Source: Nitrospinaceae bacterium (GTDB lineage Bacteria > Nitrospinota > Nitrospinia > Nitrospinales > Nitrospinaceae). From it: DNA of 64,000 nucleotides. A program made the position numbers and the translations under genes. Of the stretch, positions 1 through 10,612 are shown piece after piece; position 1 is the stretch's first letter; each line of letters begins with the position of its first letter. The notes under the pieces were generated by a model that searched no databases, was not told the origin of the DNA, and was given only the letters and a program-made list of their open reading frames with translations. The stretch spans positions 992,001 through 1,056,000 of the forward strand of contig OZ245011.1 in the NCBI GenBank assembly GCA_965223665.1, written 5' to 3'.

Positions 1-1
1 T

Positions 2-595
2 ACAAAGAAAAAAGTAAAGGCAAAAGCTAAGAAAAAGGTTGTCAGCAAAAAAAAGGCACCAACCGCTAAGGCAAAAAAAGCAGTTAAGAAATCCGTAAGT
101 AAGAAAGCCACGAAAAAAGCCACTTCCAAAAATGTGGCGAAGGCGACCAAGGCTAAGGTCAAGAAGTCAAAAGCCAAAAAAGTCCCTAAGAAACCTCAAG
201 AGGAAGAAATTGAAACGCCACCCGTTCCCAAAATAACTGGCCCAGTTTTGGCTGACCCGCAACTCCAAAAAATTAAGGACATTCTTGTTCAGAGCCGTTC
301 AAGGCTCTTGAAAATGTTACAATCCTCTCGTGAGGTTGAACAGAATGTAGATGATATTACATTTAGTAATGAAATTGATTTAGCCTCAAGCTTGGAAGGT
401 AGAGAAATGGCTTTTCAACTATCCAGCCGTGAACGCAATGAACTAAAAATGGTGGAAGAAGCCCTTCTCAGGATAGATAAAGGCAGCTATGGAATTTGTG
501 AAACCTGCTCGAAAAGAATAGGATTGAAACGTCTTCAAATAATGCCTCTCACTCCGCTATGTATTGAGTGTCAGTCTAATTTAGAAGTGAGTTAA
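2..595 (+). CDS. dksA: DksA/TraR family C4 zinc-finger transcription factor with Lys/Ala-rich N-terminal extension (5' end outside window)
   Basis: Frame is open from base 2 (TKKKVKAKAKKKVVSKKKAPTAK...) into the track ORF 134-595; coiled-coil tip NEIDLA; YGICETC...CIEC zinc finger. Confidence 0.85.
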   Translation, partial: TKKKVKAKAKKKVVSKKKAPTAKAKKAVKKSVSKKATKKATSKNVAKATKAKVKKSKAKKVPKKPQEEEIETPPVPKITGPVLADPQLQKIKDILVQSRSRLLKMLQSSREVEQNVDDITFSNEIDLASSLEGREMAFQLSSRERNELKMVEEALLRIDKGSYGICETCSKRIGLKRLQIMPLTPLCIECQSNLEVS

Positions 596-603
596 TAAAT
601 GAT

Positions 604-637
604 AAAAAAGCCATTAGTGTTACCTAATGGCTTTTTT
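604..637. terminator. Bidirectional intrinsic terminator
   Basis: aaaaaa-gccattag-tgttac-ctaatggc-tttttt between convergent genes. Confidence 0.85.
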
Positions 638-639
638 CC

Positions 640-1212
640 TTAGTTAAAATGAAATCTGGCACCTAGGTTAAACTGGTGACCACCCAGTTCCACACTGGCT
701 CCCCAGTTCGGATCCGAAGTTCCCAAATACCGGTACTCTGTGAACGCAGTTACAACAGGATTAATTAAATAACTACCACCAACTATTAACTGGTAAGCAA
801 ATATTGTATCGTCCACACTTCCTCCTCCACTCAATTCAGCATTTGCAAAACCAAGCCCAAATCCTACATAACCTTCAATATTTGGGTTAAAAGTGTGATC
901 ATAATATCCATTGGCCATAAAACTTAAAATTGAAACATCACCTGAAGCAGGTGCCGAACCACCTGGACCCTGGACGGTATCTATATCATTCATACTGTAT
1001 CCAACCTCACCCTCAGCCCGCAAATTTCCAAAGTCATAACCAAAGGCACCTCCGACAACATAGCCTAAGTCATATGTAAACTCTAGAGGGGAATTACCTA
1101 TCTCTGAGTCAGATAATAGACTCAATCCACCGCGAATCGATACATAAGGTTGGGCGCTAACAGAATTAATAAAGCAAAAACTTGCAATAAGAATAACAGC
1201 GATTCTTTTCAT
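640..1212 (-). CDS. Outer-membrane beta-barrel protein (OmpA-like 8-stranded / opacity-type)
   Basis: Signal peptide, alternating beta-strands (LRAEGEVGY, SFMANGYYD, YVGFGLG), C-terminal GARFHFN. Confidence 0.8.
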   Translation of the reverse strand: MKRIAVILIASFCFINSVSAQPYVSIRGGLSLLSDSEIGNSPLEFTYDLGYVVGGAFGYDFGNLRAEGEVGYSMNDIDTVQGPGGSAPASGDVSILSFMANGYYDHTFNPNIEGYVGFGLGFANAELSGGGSVDDTIFAYQLIVGGSYLINPVVTAFTEYRYLGTSDPNWGASVELGGHQFNLGARFHFN

Positions 1213-1529
1213 TTTTCCTCCCGAAAACTAACTTATTCAATCAACAACAACTACCCTATTTTGTCTAACAATTTAAATTAGCGAATAATATCAAAATAAA
1301 TTTTTAATTCAATACTTTTTCTTTGCTATTCAAAATATTTTTGGAGAAAAATTTTTTAATCAAAATACAAAACTTATTTGTTATAAATTAATCCGATATA
1401 GAAATTTAGAATTTTTTTTCTAGTTTGATAAAGGAGGGATTTGGGGTGGGAATAAATCAATATTTTCAGGGACTTAATGAACACCGCTCAATTAAACCGT
1501 TTAAGGAATTTCGAAGTTTAAAAAATATT

Positions 1530-4097
1530 TTACTTCCCATGACATTTTTTAAACTTTTTTCCACTTCCACAAGGACAAGGATCGTTCCGACCTACTTTTT
1601 TCTCTTCTCTTTTCACAGGAGTTGTTTTTTGTTCTTCATCTCCGCTCCCACGATGCTCCATGACTTGCTGTTTTTCTCGAGCCATAATAGTTTCAATCGC
1701 ACTGATCGCTTCCGGATTGACTTGCATTTTATACATGAACGCGCAGATATCCTCTTTCATCTGAAAATTCATGTTTCTAAATAGATCAAATCCTTCTTTC
1801 TTATATTCAGTCAAAGGGTTCTTTTGCGCATAACCTCTTAAACCTATGCCTTCTTTAAGGTGATCCATTGCCAAAAGATGTTCTCTCCACAAATTATCCA
1901 AAATTCGGAGCATCCACATCTTTTCTAGTGGTCTAAGAATTTCAGTTCCTAATTCCTTTTCCTTTTGGTCATATTTTTCTACAGTTGCATCGATTAAAAT
2001 ATCTAAAAGCTTTTGCCCATTGGTATTTTCTAAAGGAAGTGTAAGGTTATCTCCAATTTTTAGTTCCTTATCTTCATTTTTTTGGACAGCAATATCAAAT
2101 ATTCTATCCATATATTCGTGAAGCAAATCAATATCCCATTCCTCTGGGTATATTTCTTCGTGGGCAAGCTCATTTACCTTTTCTTCTAAAACCTCATCCA
2201 CCATTTCGTAAAGGATTTCTTTTTGATTTTCTCCCGTCAAAATATTCCGACGTAAAGCATAAATCACTTCACGCTGCTTATTCATTACATCATCATATTC
2301 AAGTAAATGTTTTCGAATATCGAAATTATGCGCTTCTACTTTTCTTTGAGCATTTTCAACAGCTTTCGAAACCATCGTATGCTCTATCGGCTGCCCATTT
2401 TCCATTCCCATTTTTGCCATTAAACCGGAAATTTTATCTGAGCCAAAAATTCTTAATAGATCATCCTCTAGAGAAAGATAAAACCGGGATGACCCAGTGT
2501 CCCCTTGCCTTCCGGATCGTCCTCTTAGCTGATTATCAATACGTCGGCTTTCATGACGTTCCGTACCTAAAATATGAAGACCACCCAATTCCGGGACGCC
2601 ATCTCCGAGCACAATATCGGTTCCCCTTCCGGCCATATTGGTAGCAATGGTAACGGCCTTTTGTTGACCTGCCTCAGCAATAATTTCTGCTTCTTTTTCA
2701 TGGTGCTTAGCATTCAAAACATTATGTTTAACCCCAAATTTCTTAAGATGGCGACTCAGTTTTTCAGATTTTTCAATGGAAATTGTTCCCACCAATACCG
2801 GCCTTCCAGATTGATAGCACTCCCTGATTTCCTCAAGGATTGCATCAAATTTTTCCAATTCAGTTCGGTAAATAAAATCCGGCCTATCATCTCGGATCAT
2901 TGGCTTATTAGTTGGTATTACCAAAACTTCTAATCCATAAGTGGATTGAAATTCCTCGGCTTCGGTATCGGCGGTACCAGTCATACCGGCTAGCTTGTTA
3001 TACATTCGGAAATAATTCTGGAAGGTAATACTTGCTAAAGTTTGATTTTCATTTTCTATATCCACTCCCTCTTTGGCTTCTAATGCTTGATGCAAACCAT
3101 CACTGTATCGACGGCCAGCCATCATACGACCCGTAAACTCATCAATGATTACCACCTTGCCCTCTTTAACTACATAATCGACCTCATTTTTAAACAGAGC
3201 ATGCGCTTTTAATGATTGATTTACATGATGCAGGGTTTCGATTTGGGTAGGATCATAGAGGTTTTCGACATTTAAAAGTTTTTCTACTGCTGATATTCCT
3301 TCTTCATTCAGGGAAACGGACCGCGCTTTTTCATCAACAGTAAAGTGTTGCTCTTTTTTTAATTTCGGGATAATACTATTTACAGAATAATATTTATCAG
3401 TAGATTCTTCGGCTGGCCCTGAAATTATAAGCGGAGTTCGGGCTTCATCAATTAAAATACTATCCACTTCATCCACGATCGCAAAGTTTAATTCACGTTG
3501 CACATAATCTTCAGCTGCAAATTTCATATTATCGCGCAAATAGTCAAAACCAAACTCATTATTAGTTCCATAAGTCACATCACTATCATATGCTTCTTTG
3601 CGCTCTTCCTCAGACATATCATGGTAAATATTCCCTACTGTAAGACCTAGAAACTTATAAATTTTTCCCATCCACTCACTATCCCGTCTTGCCAGATACT
3701 CATTCACCGTAACTACATGAACGCCTTTTCCTGTTAAGGCATTGAGGTAAACCGGCAGGGTTGCAACCAATGTTTTTCCTTCACCGGTTTTCATTTCTGA
3801 AATTTTTCCTTCGTGAAGAGTCACTCCTCCTAAAATTTGAACATCAAAATGGCGCATTTCCAGGGTCCTGATACTTGCTTCACGAACCACGGCAAAAGCT
3901 TCAGGGAGTAAATCCTCCAATGATTCTCCCCCTTTTAATCTTTCCTTAAACTCAGTGGTTTTTGAGCGAAGTTCCTCATCCGATAATTTTTGAATGCTGC
4001 TTTCAAAATCATTAACCCGGTCTACATAATTCTGTATCCGTTTCAGTTCCCTATCATTTTGGGTACCAATTATCTTTTTTATTAAACCAAATACCAT
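1530..4097 (-). CDS. secA: Preprotein translocase subunit SecA
   Basis: [39 protein letters not shown]-terminal [19 protein letters not shown]. Confidence 0.99.
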   Translation of the reverse strand: MVFGLIKKIIGTQNDRELKRIQNYVDRVNDFESSIQKLSDEELRSKTTEFKERLKGGESLEDLLPEAFAVVREASIRTLEMRHFDVQILGGVTLHEGKISEMKTGEGKTLVATLPVYLNALTGKGVHVVTVNEYLARRDSEWMGKIYKFLGLTVGNIYHDMSEEERKEAYDSDVTYGTNNEFGFDYLRDNMKFAAEDYVQRELNFAIVDEVDSILIDEARTPLIISGPAEESTDKYYSVNSIIPKLKKEQHFTVDEKARSVSLNEEGISAVEKLLNVENLYDPTQIETLHHVNQSLKAHALFKNEVDYVVKEGKVVIIDEFTGRMMAGRRYSDGLHQALEAKEGVDIENENQTLASITFQNYFRMYNKLAGMTGTADTEAEEFQSTYGLEVLVIPTNKPMIRDDRPDFIYRTELEKFDAILEEIRECYQSGRPVLVGTISIEKSEKLSRHLKKFGVKHNVLNAKHHEKEAEIIAEAGQQKAVTIATNMAGRGTDIVLGDGVPELGGLHILGTERHESRRIDNQLRGRSGRQGDTGSSRFYLSLEDDLLRIFGSDKISGLMAKMGMENGQPIEHTMVSKAVENAQRKVEAHNFDIRKHLLEYDDVMNKQREVIYALRRNILTGENQKEILYEMVDEVLEEKVNELAHEEIYPEEWDIDLLHEYMDRIFDIAVQKNEDKELKIGDNLTLPLENTNGQKLLDILIDATVEKYDQKEKELGTEILRPLEKMWMLRILDNLWREHLLAMDHLKEGIGLRGYAQKNPLTEYKKEGFDLFRNMNFQMKEDICAFMYKMQVNPEAISAIETIMAREKQQVMEHRGSGDEEQKTTPVKREEKKVGRNDPCPCGSGKKFKKCHGK

Positions 4098-4328
4098 GTG
4101 TTCAGCCTCAATTTCCTAATGAGCTTAAAATTTATTGAAAGAATTAAAACTTAGACATTCAGTGATTTATTTGGCGTGTGATTGAGGAAATGAATACCTA
4201 ACAAACAATCTTAGAGAAGTATATCAAAATTTTGTATTCCAGTAACCAATGAATCGGAATATTATTTTTTTTAATTTGCAGACGAGAAATAGATTAACTT
4301 GGGAATTACGTTTTCGAAGGATTTGTAC

Positions 4329-5258
4329 TTATTCTTCCAAAATATAATTTTTAGGGTTTACGGGAATGCCATTCACAATAACTTCATAATGAACATGAGG
4401 GCCAGTACTACGGCCAGTATTCCCAACCAGAGCAATGGTTTGACCACGCTTAACACTGTCACCTACATTGACTAAATTCTTGGAGTTATGACCATACCGA
4501 GTAATTACTCCATAGCCATGATCTATTTCAATCATGTTGCCATATCCATGCTCTCTTCCAGAGACTATAACTTTCCCATCAGCGGTAGAATGAATTTCTG
4601 AACCCATACGGGCAGCAATGTCTAATCCTTCATGCTTTTCAGGTAAACCTGTGAATGGTGACTTTCGGAAACCAAAATTCGAAGTTACCCAGCCTCGGGT
4701 TGGCCAAATGGCAGGTGTGGAAATAAGAAGAGATTGTTGATTCTTTAAAAATTCATCCAATTCTTGAAAACTGATTTGGCGCATTTTTACTTGGTTGGTC
4801 AGAACATTCAGATCGCCGGACAACCGATCAACCATAGACTGAGATTCTTTCTCTAGGGAGGTTGTAAAGCTCTGTGAGGATAAACCATAGGGTCCTCCGA
4901 CACCCCAGTTGCCTTCATCAGCATTGGACGATTTTTCCAGTGCCGTTATAACTCTTAATTTTTTCTCGAACCGCTCCAGGCGAGACATCTCAGTTTCAAA
5001 ATTTCGTACCTGCTGACGAAATCTTTCAATCTGTACTTTTTGAATTTTCCCCTCTCGGCGCAATTCAGCAACTTCAACCTGGTCATCACGAAACTGGAGA
5101 TATTCTTTGGTAAAATATACAGAAGAACTGACAAAGGTAATAAATAGAACAAGGAAAGAAATTAAACCTACTTTTACCGCTTTTTTTGAAAGTTGGATCC
5201 TTTTTGGCGTACCGGTGGAACCCGGAAACAGGACAAACGTATAGACTTCCTTTTTCAC
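4329..5258 (-). CDS. M23 family metallopeptidase with N-terminal TM and coiled coil
   Basis: HEGLDIA and STGPHVHYEV motifs. Confidence 0.93.
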   Translation of the reverse strand: MKKEVYTFVLFPGSTGTPKRIQLSKKAVKVGLISFLVLFITFVSSSVYFTKEYLQFRDDQVEVAELRREGKIQKVQIERFRQQVRNFETEMSRLERFEKKLRVITALEKSSNADEGNWGVGGPYGLSSQSFTTSLEKESQSMVDRLSGDLNVLTNQVKMRQISFQELDEFLKNQQSLLISTPAIWPTRGWVTSNFGFRKSPFTGLPEKHEGLDIAARMGSEIHSTADGKVIVSGREHGYGNMIEIDHGYGVITRYGHNSKNLVNVGDSVKRGQTIALVGNTGRSTGPHVHYEVIVNGIPVNPKNYILEE

Positions 5259-5434
5259 CTCTCCTCCTTCTTGAGAACTAGATGCAAAAACCCTTGTTCA
5301 GTATCCCCCCTGATCTTAGGTTTAAAATCAGATTACTTATAACTTACTATATTGTCAAGGTTTATTTGATTTTCGGATATTCCGATAAACGTATTTTGGA
5401 CTTCTGAATTTCTTGTAAATCCAATTGGTTTTTC

Positions 5435-6343
5435 TTATTTTAGAATGGATTTTTCCTGTAATTTTTGGAGTTTTTCCCTCGCTTGGATATGTTGAGGACT
5501 CAGTTTCAAAACTTTCTGATAGTATTCTTCGGCTTTAAGAAATTCTTCCTTTTCCTCATACAAAACTCCAAGGCTAAATAATCCAGACACTTCTCCAGGT
5601 AAATGATGGATTTCCTTGTAAACTTTAATCATATCAATATTTTTATCAATAGTCCCTTCGATATCTCCTTTTACATACAATTGGAAACTTTCCTGTCTTA
5701 ATTTTTCTGCATAAATTTTCCCATAACCCCTTGCTAAAGTTTTGTTTCCCAATCTTAAATGTTCTTGAAGTTCTTCTACAAATCGATCAGGTTTTCCTAT
5801 TTGGGCATAAATATGATTCAAATTTCTAATAAAAATCAATTCAGAAGGATTAATTTGTATGGCATGTTGTACTTGTTCTACGGCTTTCTCAACCTCCTTC
5901 AATCTTATGAAAACCGCACCTAAAGTATTCCTGGCCAAACCATTGGCAGAGTCTAATTCTATCGATTGAATTAAATAGTTTTTAGCCTGAATATTATTAT
6001 CGCTTAGGTAGGCGGTAAACCCTAATCCGTATAATGCAGGAGAAGACTTAGGATACTTAACTAATAATTCCTTAAAAAACTTATTAGCCTCACCCAACTT
6101 TTCCATGGCCTTATAGGATCGGACAATCCCTCGAGCCGCGTAACTATTCCTTGGTTGCTCGTTCAATAGCTGATTAAAAAGTTTGAGAGCTTTATCTGGT
6201 TGTTTTCGAAATAGAAAAAAATTTGCCTTTTCTTCAATGGAAATATTCTGAGGATTTATATGGACAGTCGGAGAATCTTGCCCCCAAACTGGAATTGACC
6301 CAAATAACATACAAATTATTAATACCAAGGCTCTAACAAACAA
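5435..6343 (-). CDS. Exported tetratricopeptide repeat protein
   Basis: Signal peptide; TPR-like repeats (ALYGLG, ARNTLGAVF, LFSLGVLYE...AEEYYQKVLKLSP). Confidence 0.8.
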   Translation of the reverse strand: MFVRALVLIICMLFGSIPVWGQDSPTVHINPQNISIEEKANFFLFRKQPDKALKLFNQLLNEQPRNSYAARGIVRSYKAMEKLGEANKFFKELLVKYPKSSPALYGLGFTAYLSDNNIQAKNYLIQSIELDSANGLARNTLGAVFIRLKEVEKAVEQVQHAIQINPSELIFIRNLNHIYAQIGKPDRFVEELQEHLRLGNKTLARGYGKIYAEKLRQESFQLYVKGDIEGTIDKNIDMIKVYKEIHHLPGEVSGLFSLGVLYEEKEEFLKAEEYYQKVLKLSPQHIQAREKLQKLQEKSILK

Positions 6344-6377
6344 TTTTTATCCGAATAAAAATTTTTAATTATAGCAA

Positions 6378-7751
6378 TTAAATGACTATATCTTCCGGTG
6401 GAGGAGGTTCTTCATGTTGAGCAAGATTTTCAAACCGAGTGTACTCTTTTAAAAAAGCTAACTTTATATCTCCTATTGGGCCATTTCTTTGTTTACGGAT
6501 TAATATTTCGGCTTTACCGGCATCAGGCGTGTCTTGATTGTATACTTCATCACGATAAATAAAAGCAACCACATCGGCGTCCTGCTCAATAGAACCCGAT
6601 TCCCGAAGATCCGATAGCATGGGCCGCTTATCTGTTCGGCTTTCAACTGCCCTGCTTAATTGTGAAAGCGCAATGACCGGAACATTGAGTTCTTTAGCAA
6701 GACCTTTCAGTCCTCTGGATATTTCTGATATTTCCAATTGTCGACTTTCTATACTCTTTCCTCCATGCATTAGTTGAAGATAATCAATAACAATTAATCC
6801 AACCGAGTGTTCCGCTTTTAAACGTCGAGAGCGTGCGCGAACATCCAAAGTACCCAATTGTGGACTGTCATCGATATAAATCGGTGCTTCAGATATTTTT
6901 CCGGCTGCTGCCGTCAAACTTGGCCAATCCGTGCTGGAAAGATACCCTGTCCGTAATTTAACCGAGCTTACCCTCGCTTCAGAACAAAGCATTCTAATAC
7001 CTAACTGTTCTTTGGACATTTCCAAACTAAATATTGCGGTAGGAATATTTCGACGGCTGGCCGCAAATCGAGCAATATCCAGCGCAAAACTTGTCTTACC
7101 CATACTAGGACGTCCCGCAATTATTATTAAATCCGAGGGCTGAAGACCTGAAGTGATTTGATCTAGTTCTGCAAACCCAGTTTCAACTCCCGTTACCAGA
7201 CCAGGTTTTTCGAATAGTTTTTCAATAGAATCAAAACTACTTTTGACAATCTCATTGATACTATAAAATGTTCTTTTGGTTCTCTTCTCAGAGATATCAA
7301 AAATCGCTCTTTCTGCCTTATCCAATATGATATCTGCATCTTCATTATCTTCATAACCGCTTGTTACAATCTCCGTTGCGGTTTGGATAAGGTCTCTTAA
7401 AATTTTCTTTTCACGTATTATCTTTGCATGGTAAGTAATAGCTGCAGATGTGGGAACCAAACTAACCAAATCATCTAAGTAATTTAAACCTCCCACATCA
7501 TCCAACTCATTTTCTTTTTGAAGTTTGTCCGCAACCGTTAAGGGATCGATGGCCTCATCTAATTCAAAAAGCCTTTGCATGGCAAGATAAATTTTCCGAT
7601 TGGCTGTCTTATAAAAATCATCCACTTGGATGATTTCCAAAGAACGAGCGAAGGCCTCATTAGAACCTAAACATGATCCAATGACATACTGTTCGGCTTC
7701 CTCGCTGTAAGGAGGGAGTTTTCTTAATGATATTTCTGAAACACTTGGCAT
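6378..7751 (-). CDS. dnaB: Replicative DNA helicase
   Basis: LPPYSEEAEQ, GRPSMGKT, IVIDYLQLM, SDLRESGSIEQDAD; ATG at 7751 preferred over TTG 7769 on RBS spacing. Confidence 0.98.
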   Translation of the reverse strand: MPSVSEISLRKLPPYSEEAEQYVIGSCLGSNEAFARSLEIIQVDDFYKTANRKIYLAMQRLFELDEAIDPLTVADKLQKENELDDVGGLNYLDDLVSLVPTSAAITYHAKIIREKKILRDLIQTATEIVTSGYEDNEDADIILDKAERAIFDISEKRTKRTFYSINEIVKSSFDSIEKLFEKPGLVTGVETGFAELDQITSGLQPSDLIIIAGRPSMGKTSFALDIARFAASRRNIPTAIFSLEMSKEQLGIRMLCSEARVSSVKLRTGYLSSTDWPSLTAAAGKISEAPIYIDDSPQLGTLDVRARSRRLKAEHSVGLIVIDYLQLMHGGKSIESRQLEISEISRGLKGLAKELNVPVIALSQLSRAVESRTDKRPMLSDLRESGSIEQDADVVAFIYRDEVYNQDTPDAGKAEILIRKQRNGPIGDIKLAFLKEYTRFENLAQHEEPPPPEDIVI

Positions 7752-7802
7752 GGCGAGAACCCCTATCAACCCCTGAAAGGGGGAACACCTTAATAGAATG
7801 TT

Positions 7803-8339
7803 TTATTCTGATTTAGATTCGTTTGTTTCGGTTTTTTCTTTCGCTTCTTCACCTTCCGCTTTTTCAGCATCCGAAGCTTCAACAACTGGTTCTGGGTTTT
7901 CCGCAGCTACAGTCAAATTAATTTCGGCAATTACTTCAGGATGCAGTTTAACTGGAACTTTGAAATCACCCAATGCTTTTATGGGTTCAGCCAATTGAAT
8001 TTTTCTTCGGTCAATTTCAATCCCTTTATCCTTTAATAAGTCTCCAATTTCCTGTGAGGTAACAGATCCAAAAAGTTTTCCCTGGTCTCCAACCTTCTTT
8101 TTCACAGAAAGAGAAACTGAGGCAATTTGATCTGCTATGGTTTGCGCATCTCCCTGAAGTTTTTTTAATTTCCTCTGGACAATACTTTTCTGATGGTTGA
8201 ATTGCTTTAAGTTCTTTGGGGTTGCTAATATAGCTTTTCCTTGAGGAATCAAATAGTTCCTTCCATAACCATCTTTAACAGTCACTTCGTCTCCAACTGT
8301 TCCCAATTTTTCTATATCTTCCGTTAATAAAATCCTCAT
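7803..8339 (-). CDS. rplI: 50S ribosomal protein L9 with acidic C-terminal tail
   Basis: VKDGYGRNYLIP, KLFGSVT. Confidence 0.98.
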   Translation of the reverse strand: MRILLTEDIEKLGTVGDEVTVKDGYGRNYLIPQGKAILATPKNLKQFNHQKSIVQRKLKKLQGDAQTIADQIASVSLSVKKKVGDQGKLFGSVTSQEIGDLLKDKGIEIDRRKIQLAEPIKALGDFKVPVKLHPEVIAEINLTVAAENPEPVVEASDAEKAEGEEAKEKTETNESKSE

Positions 8340-8372
8340 GAAACTATTAGCTCCTTAAATAAAATTCTTTAT

Positions 8373-9326
8373 CTATTCTGGTACATTTGGAATTGAAGGG
8401 CGGACTTTTCGAAAATCTCCCCAAATATCAAATAATCCCAAACCAATTATCATTATTATGAATAAAGGCTGCGTCAAAACTATAATAAAAAACAAAACCC
8501 ATAAAGCCTTATGGATACCCTTACTCCTTAAAAAGGATATACTGACTGAAACTCCCTGAATAAAATAAAATGCTGAAAAGATAATTAGAAAATTTAGCGC
8601 AACCGTCTCAATTGCTGGCACACCTATAAAAAATGACCCTGCTGCTAAAATAAAAACCCATACCCAAGAATCCGGGATGTTCCATTGAGTTAAATTTACT
8701 GAATTAACATCATCACTTGAGTAAAAACGTGACCAAATTCCTTTAAACAATAAATAATTCATTAAAGCAACTAAGAGCGACCCTACTGCAATTAATCCCG
8801 GGAGGGCTTTTGCCAAAACTTGAGAAACTTTATCTCTGTAATCACGAAGTTCATCGATTACATTTGGCGACTCATTTGCTTTTTCTAATTTTTCTATATA
8901 CTTCTCAATTTCGTCATGAAATTGTTTTTCTAAAAACTTACCAGGAGTACCCTCGTTACCGGTAATCATGATAAACATAAAAGCTATTGATAAAACTGAA
9001 GAAGCTAAAGCCCCATAAAAAACGGTTTTCTCAAATTCAAACCTTAGTCGAATGGTTTCCGCCATTACTATAGCCATCACTGCATATTCAATAAAAAATA
9101 TGATGGCCTCGGGTGCTCCAACTAATCCCAAAAGCATAAAAAAAACTACCAATACTGACAATAACCCCATTACTTTTCCCCTTTGCAAATAAATAAGAAT
9201 TAAAGGCAAAGGGGTTAGCATTTCTGCTAATACTCCCAATTGGGGAATAACTAACGCTAAGAAAAAAATCCCAAGAAGAATTCCATAGGGAATTAAAACA
9301 TTCTTAACAGGATTTGGCTCGGGCAA
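8373..9326 (-). CDS. YybS/DUF2232 family membrane protein
   Basis: Multi-TM protein between rpsR and rplI; C-terminal GLFDIWGDFRK. Confidence 0.85.
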   Translation of the reverse strand: MPEPNPVKNVLIPYGILLGIFFLALVIPQLGVLAEMLTPLPLILIYLQRGKVMGLLSVLVVFFMLLGLVGAPEAIIFFIEYAVMAIVMAETIRLRFEFEKTVFYGALASSVLSIAFMFIMITGNEGTPGKFLEKQFHDEIEKYIEKLEKANESPNVIDELRDYRDKVSQVLAKALPGLIAVGSLLVALMNYLLFKGIWSRFYSSDDVNSVNLTQWNIPDSWVWVFILAAGSFFIGVPAIETVALNFLIIFSAFYFIQGVSVSISFLRSKGIHKALWVLFFIIVLTQPLFIIMIIGLGLFDIWGDFRKVRPSIPNVPE

Positions 9327-9328
9327 AA

Positions 9329-9562
9329 TCAGTGCTCAACAGTAAAAGGCAATAATGCAATATTCCGTGCTCTTTTGATAGCTTCTGTTAATTGTCGTTG
9401 ATGTCGGGCGCAATTCCCTGAAATACGAGAAGGTACAATTTTTCCCCGTTCTGAAATCAACGGTTTCAATAGTTTTACATCATAAAAATCGATATGGTCA
9501 ATTTTTTCTACACAAAAACGGCAAATTTTATGAGAGAAAAAACTTCTTTTTTTCTGTGTCAT
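9329..9562 (-). CDS. rpsR: 30S ribosomal protein S18 (Zn-binding type)
   Basis: [31 protein letters not shown]. Confidence 0.98.
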   Translation of the reverse strand: MTQKKRSFFSHKICRFCVEKIDHIDFYDVKLLKPLISERGKIVPSRISGNCARHQRQLTEAIKRARNIALLPFTVEH

Positions 9563-9588
9563 AGATCCTCAATATAATTTTCTTTAAA

Positions 9589-9999
9589 TTAAAACGGTAG
9601 ATCATCTTTGGGAGGCATATCTCCCATGGCCTGGGAACCGCTAGATTCATCCATTGAACCTTTCCCTCCCCCCGGTTTACCTAAAAATTGAACAGTATTC
9701 GCTACCACGTCAAGTTTATTTCTTCTTTGGCCATCATCAGTTTCCCATGAGCGAAACTGAAGTCGACCTTCAATAAAAACAGGGCTTCCCTTATGCAAAT
9801 ATTCAGCACAGTTTTCCCCCTGTTTACCCCATGCTGAAATATCCACATAACATACTTCATCTTTCCAATCATCACCCTGTTTAAACTTACGATTCACTGC
9901 CAATCCAAAACTGGCAACTGCAGCGCCACTTGGGGTAAAACGCAATTCCGGATCTCGAGTTAAATTTCCCATAAGTAAGACTTTATTGAAGCTGGCCAT
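9589..9999 (-). CDS. ssb: Single-stranded DNA-binding protein
   Basis: NKVLLMGNLTRDPELR; C-terminal DDLPF. Confidence 0.98.
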   Translation of the reverse strand: MASFNKVLLMGNLTRDPELRFTPSGAAVASFGLAVNRKFKQGDDWKDEVCYVDISAWGKQGENCAEYLHKGSPVFIEGRLQFRSWETDDGQRRNKLDVVANTVQFLGKPGGGKGSMDESSGSQAMGDMPPKDDLPF

Positions 10000-10030
10000 A
10001 TTAATTATTCCTACAAGAGACTTTTATAAA

Positions 10031-10471
10031 CTAATCTTCTGTTGCTACAGAAGATTTATCATCCTCATTAGATGGGGAACTCTTTTCCGATGCATTTGAT
10101 TCTTCATTTGAAGAAGCTGATGAATTATCTGTTTCTTCTGCTTTTTCCTCGGCTTCTCCTTTTTCCATCTCACGCGCCCATGCTTTTCCATCTAACCGAA
10201 TCACTAAATATTTGATTATAAGGTCAAAGAGTTGATAGTCTTTTTCCAAGGACGCAATATTTGCAGGATTACATGTGTGATAGATATTTAAATAATATCC
10301 AAATTTATTTTTCTTAACTCTATAGGCAAGACGTTTTTTGCCCCATTTATCAACTCGATGAGATTCTCCTTCATATTTTTTAAAAAAGGAATTTATCTTT
10401 TCTTGAGCCTGGTCAACTTGGCTTTCATCGAGGTCGGGTTTAAGAATAATTACAGATTGGTAATTACGCAA
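10031..10471 (-). CDS. rpsF: 30S ribosomal protein S6 with long acidic tail
   Basis: YQSVIILKPDL, WGKKRLAYRVKK; first gene of rpsF-ssb-rpsR. Confidence 0.96.
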   Translation of the reverse strand: MRNYQSVIILKPDLDESQVDQAQEKINSFFKKYEGESHRVDKWGKKRLAYRVKKNKFGYYLNIYHTCNPANIASLEKDYQLFDLIIKYLVIRLDGKAWAREMEKGEAEEKAEETDNSSASSNEESNASEKSSPSNEDDKSSVATED

Positions 10472-10525
10472 TAGATCCTCCTCTTGGGTTAAATAGCCCT
10501 AATGAATCATTAGAGCGAGGGGTGA
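10472..10525 (-). promoter_or_regulatory. Probable S6:S18 autoregulatory leader RNA
   Basis: On minus strand: CCCCUC able to pair with SD GAGGAGG, inner hairpin GCUCUAAUG/CAUUAGGGC, and unpaired CCA just before the SD. Confidence 0.65.
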
Positions 10526-10612
10526 AAAAATATATTAAAAGTGAGAATGATTGCATATATGATATTTAAAATCAAGGAAAAATGGGATGCATCATTTACC
10601 GGGAATCAACCT

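Noticed and set aside
1-200. A-rich repetitive-looking DNA as a repeat array
   Set aside because: Explained by Lys/Ala codons of the DksA extension; no fixed repeat unit
1425-2933. Plus-strand ORFs 1425-1784, 2414-2644 and 2574-2933
   Set aside because: Antisense shadows of secA with no motifs; the same applies to the other short track ORFs nested in or opposite confident genes
10031-10150. Acidic S6 tail as substrate of the ATP-grasp enzyme at 59656
   Set aside because: S6 ends in ATED, the genes are unlinked, and the ligase sits in a GAK-type context; no support
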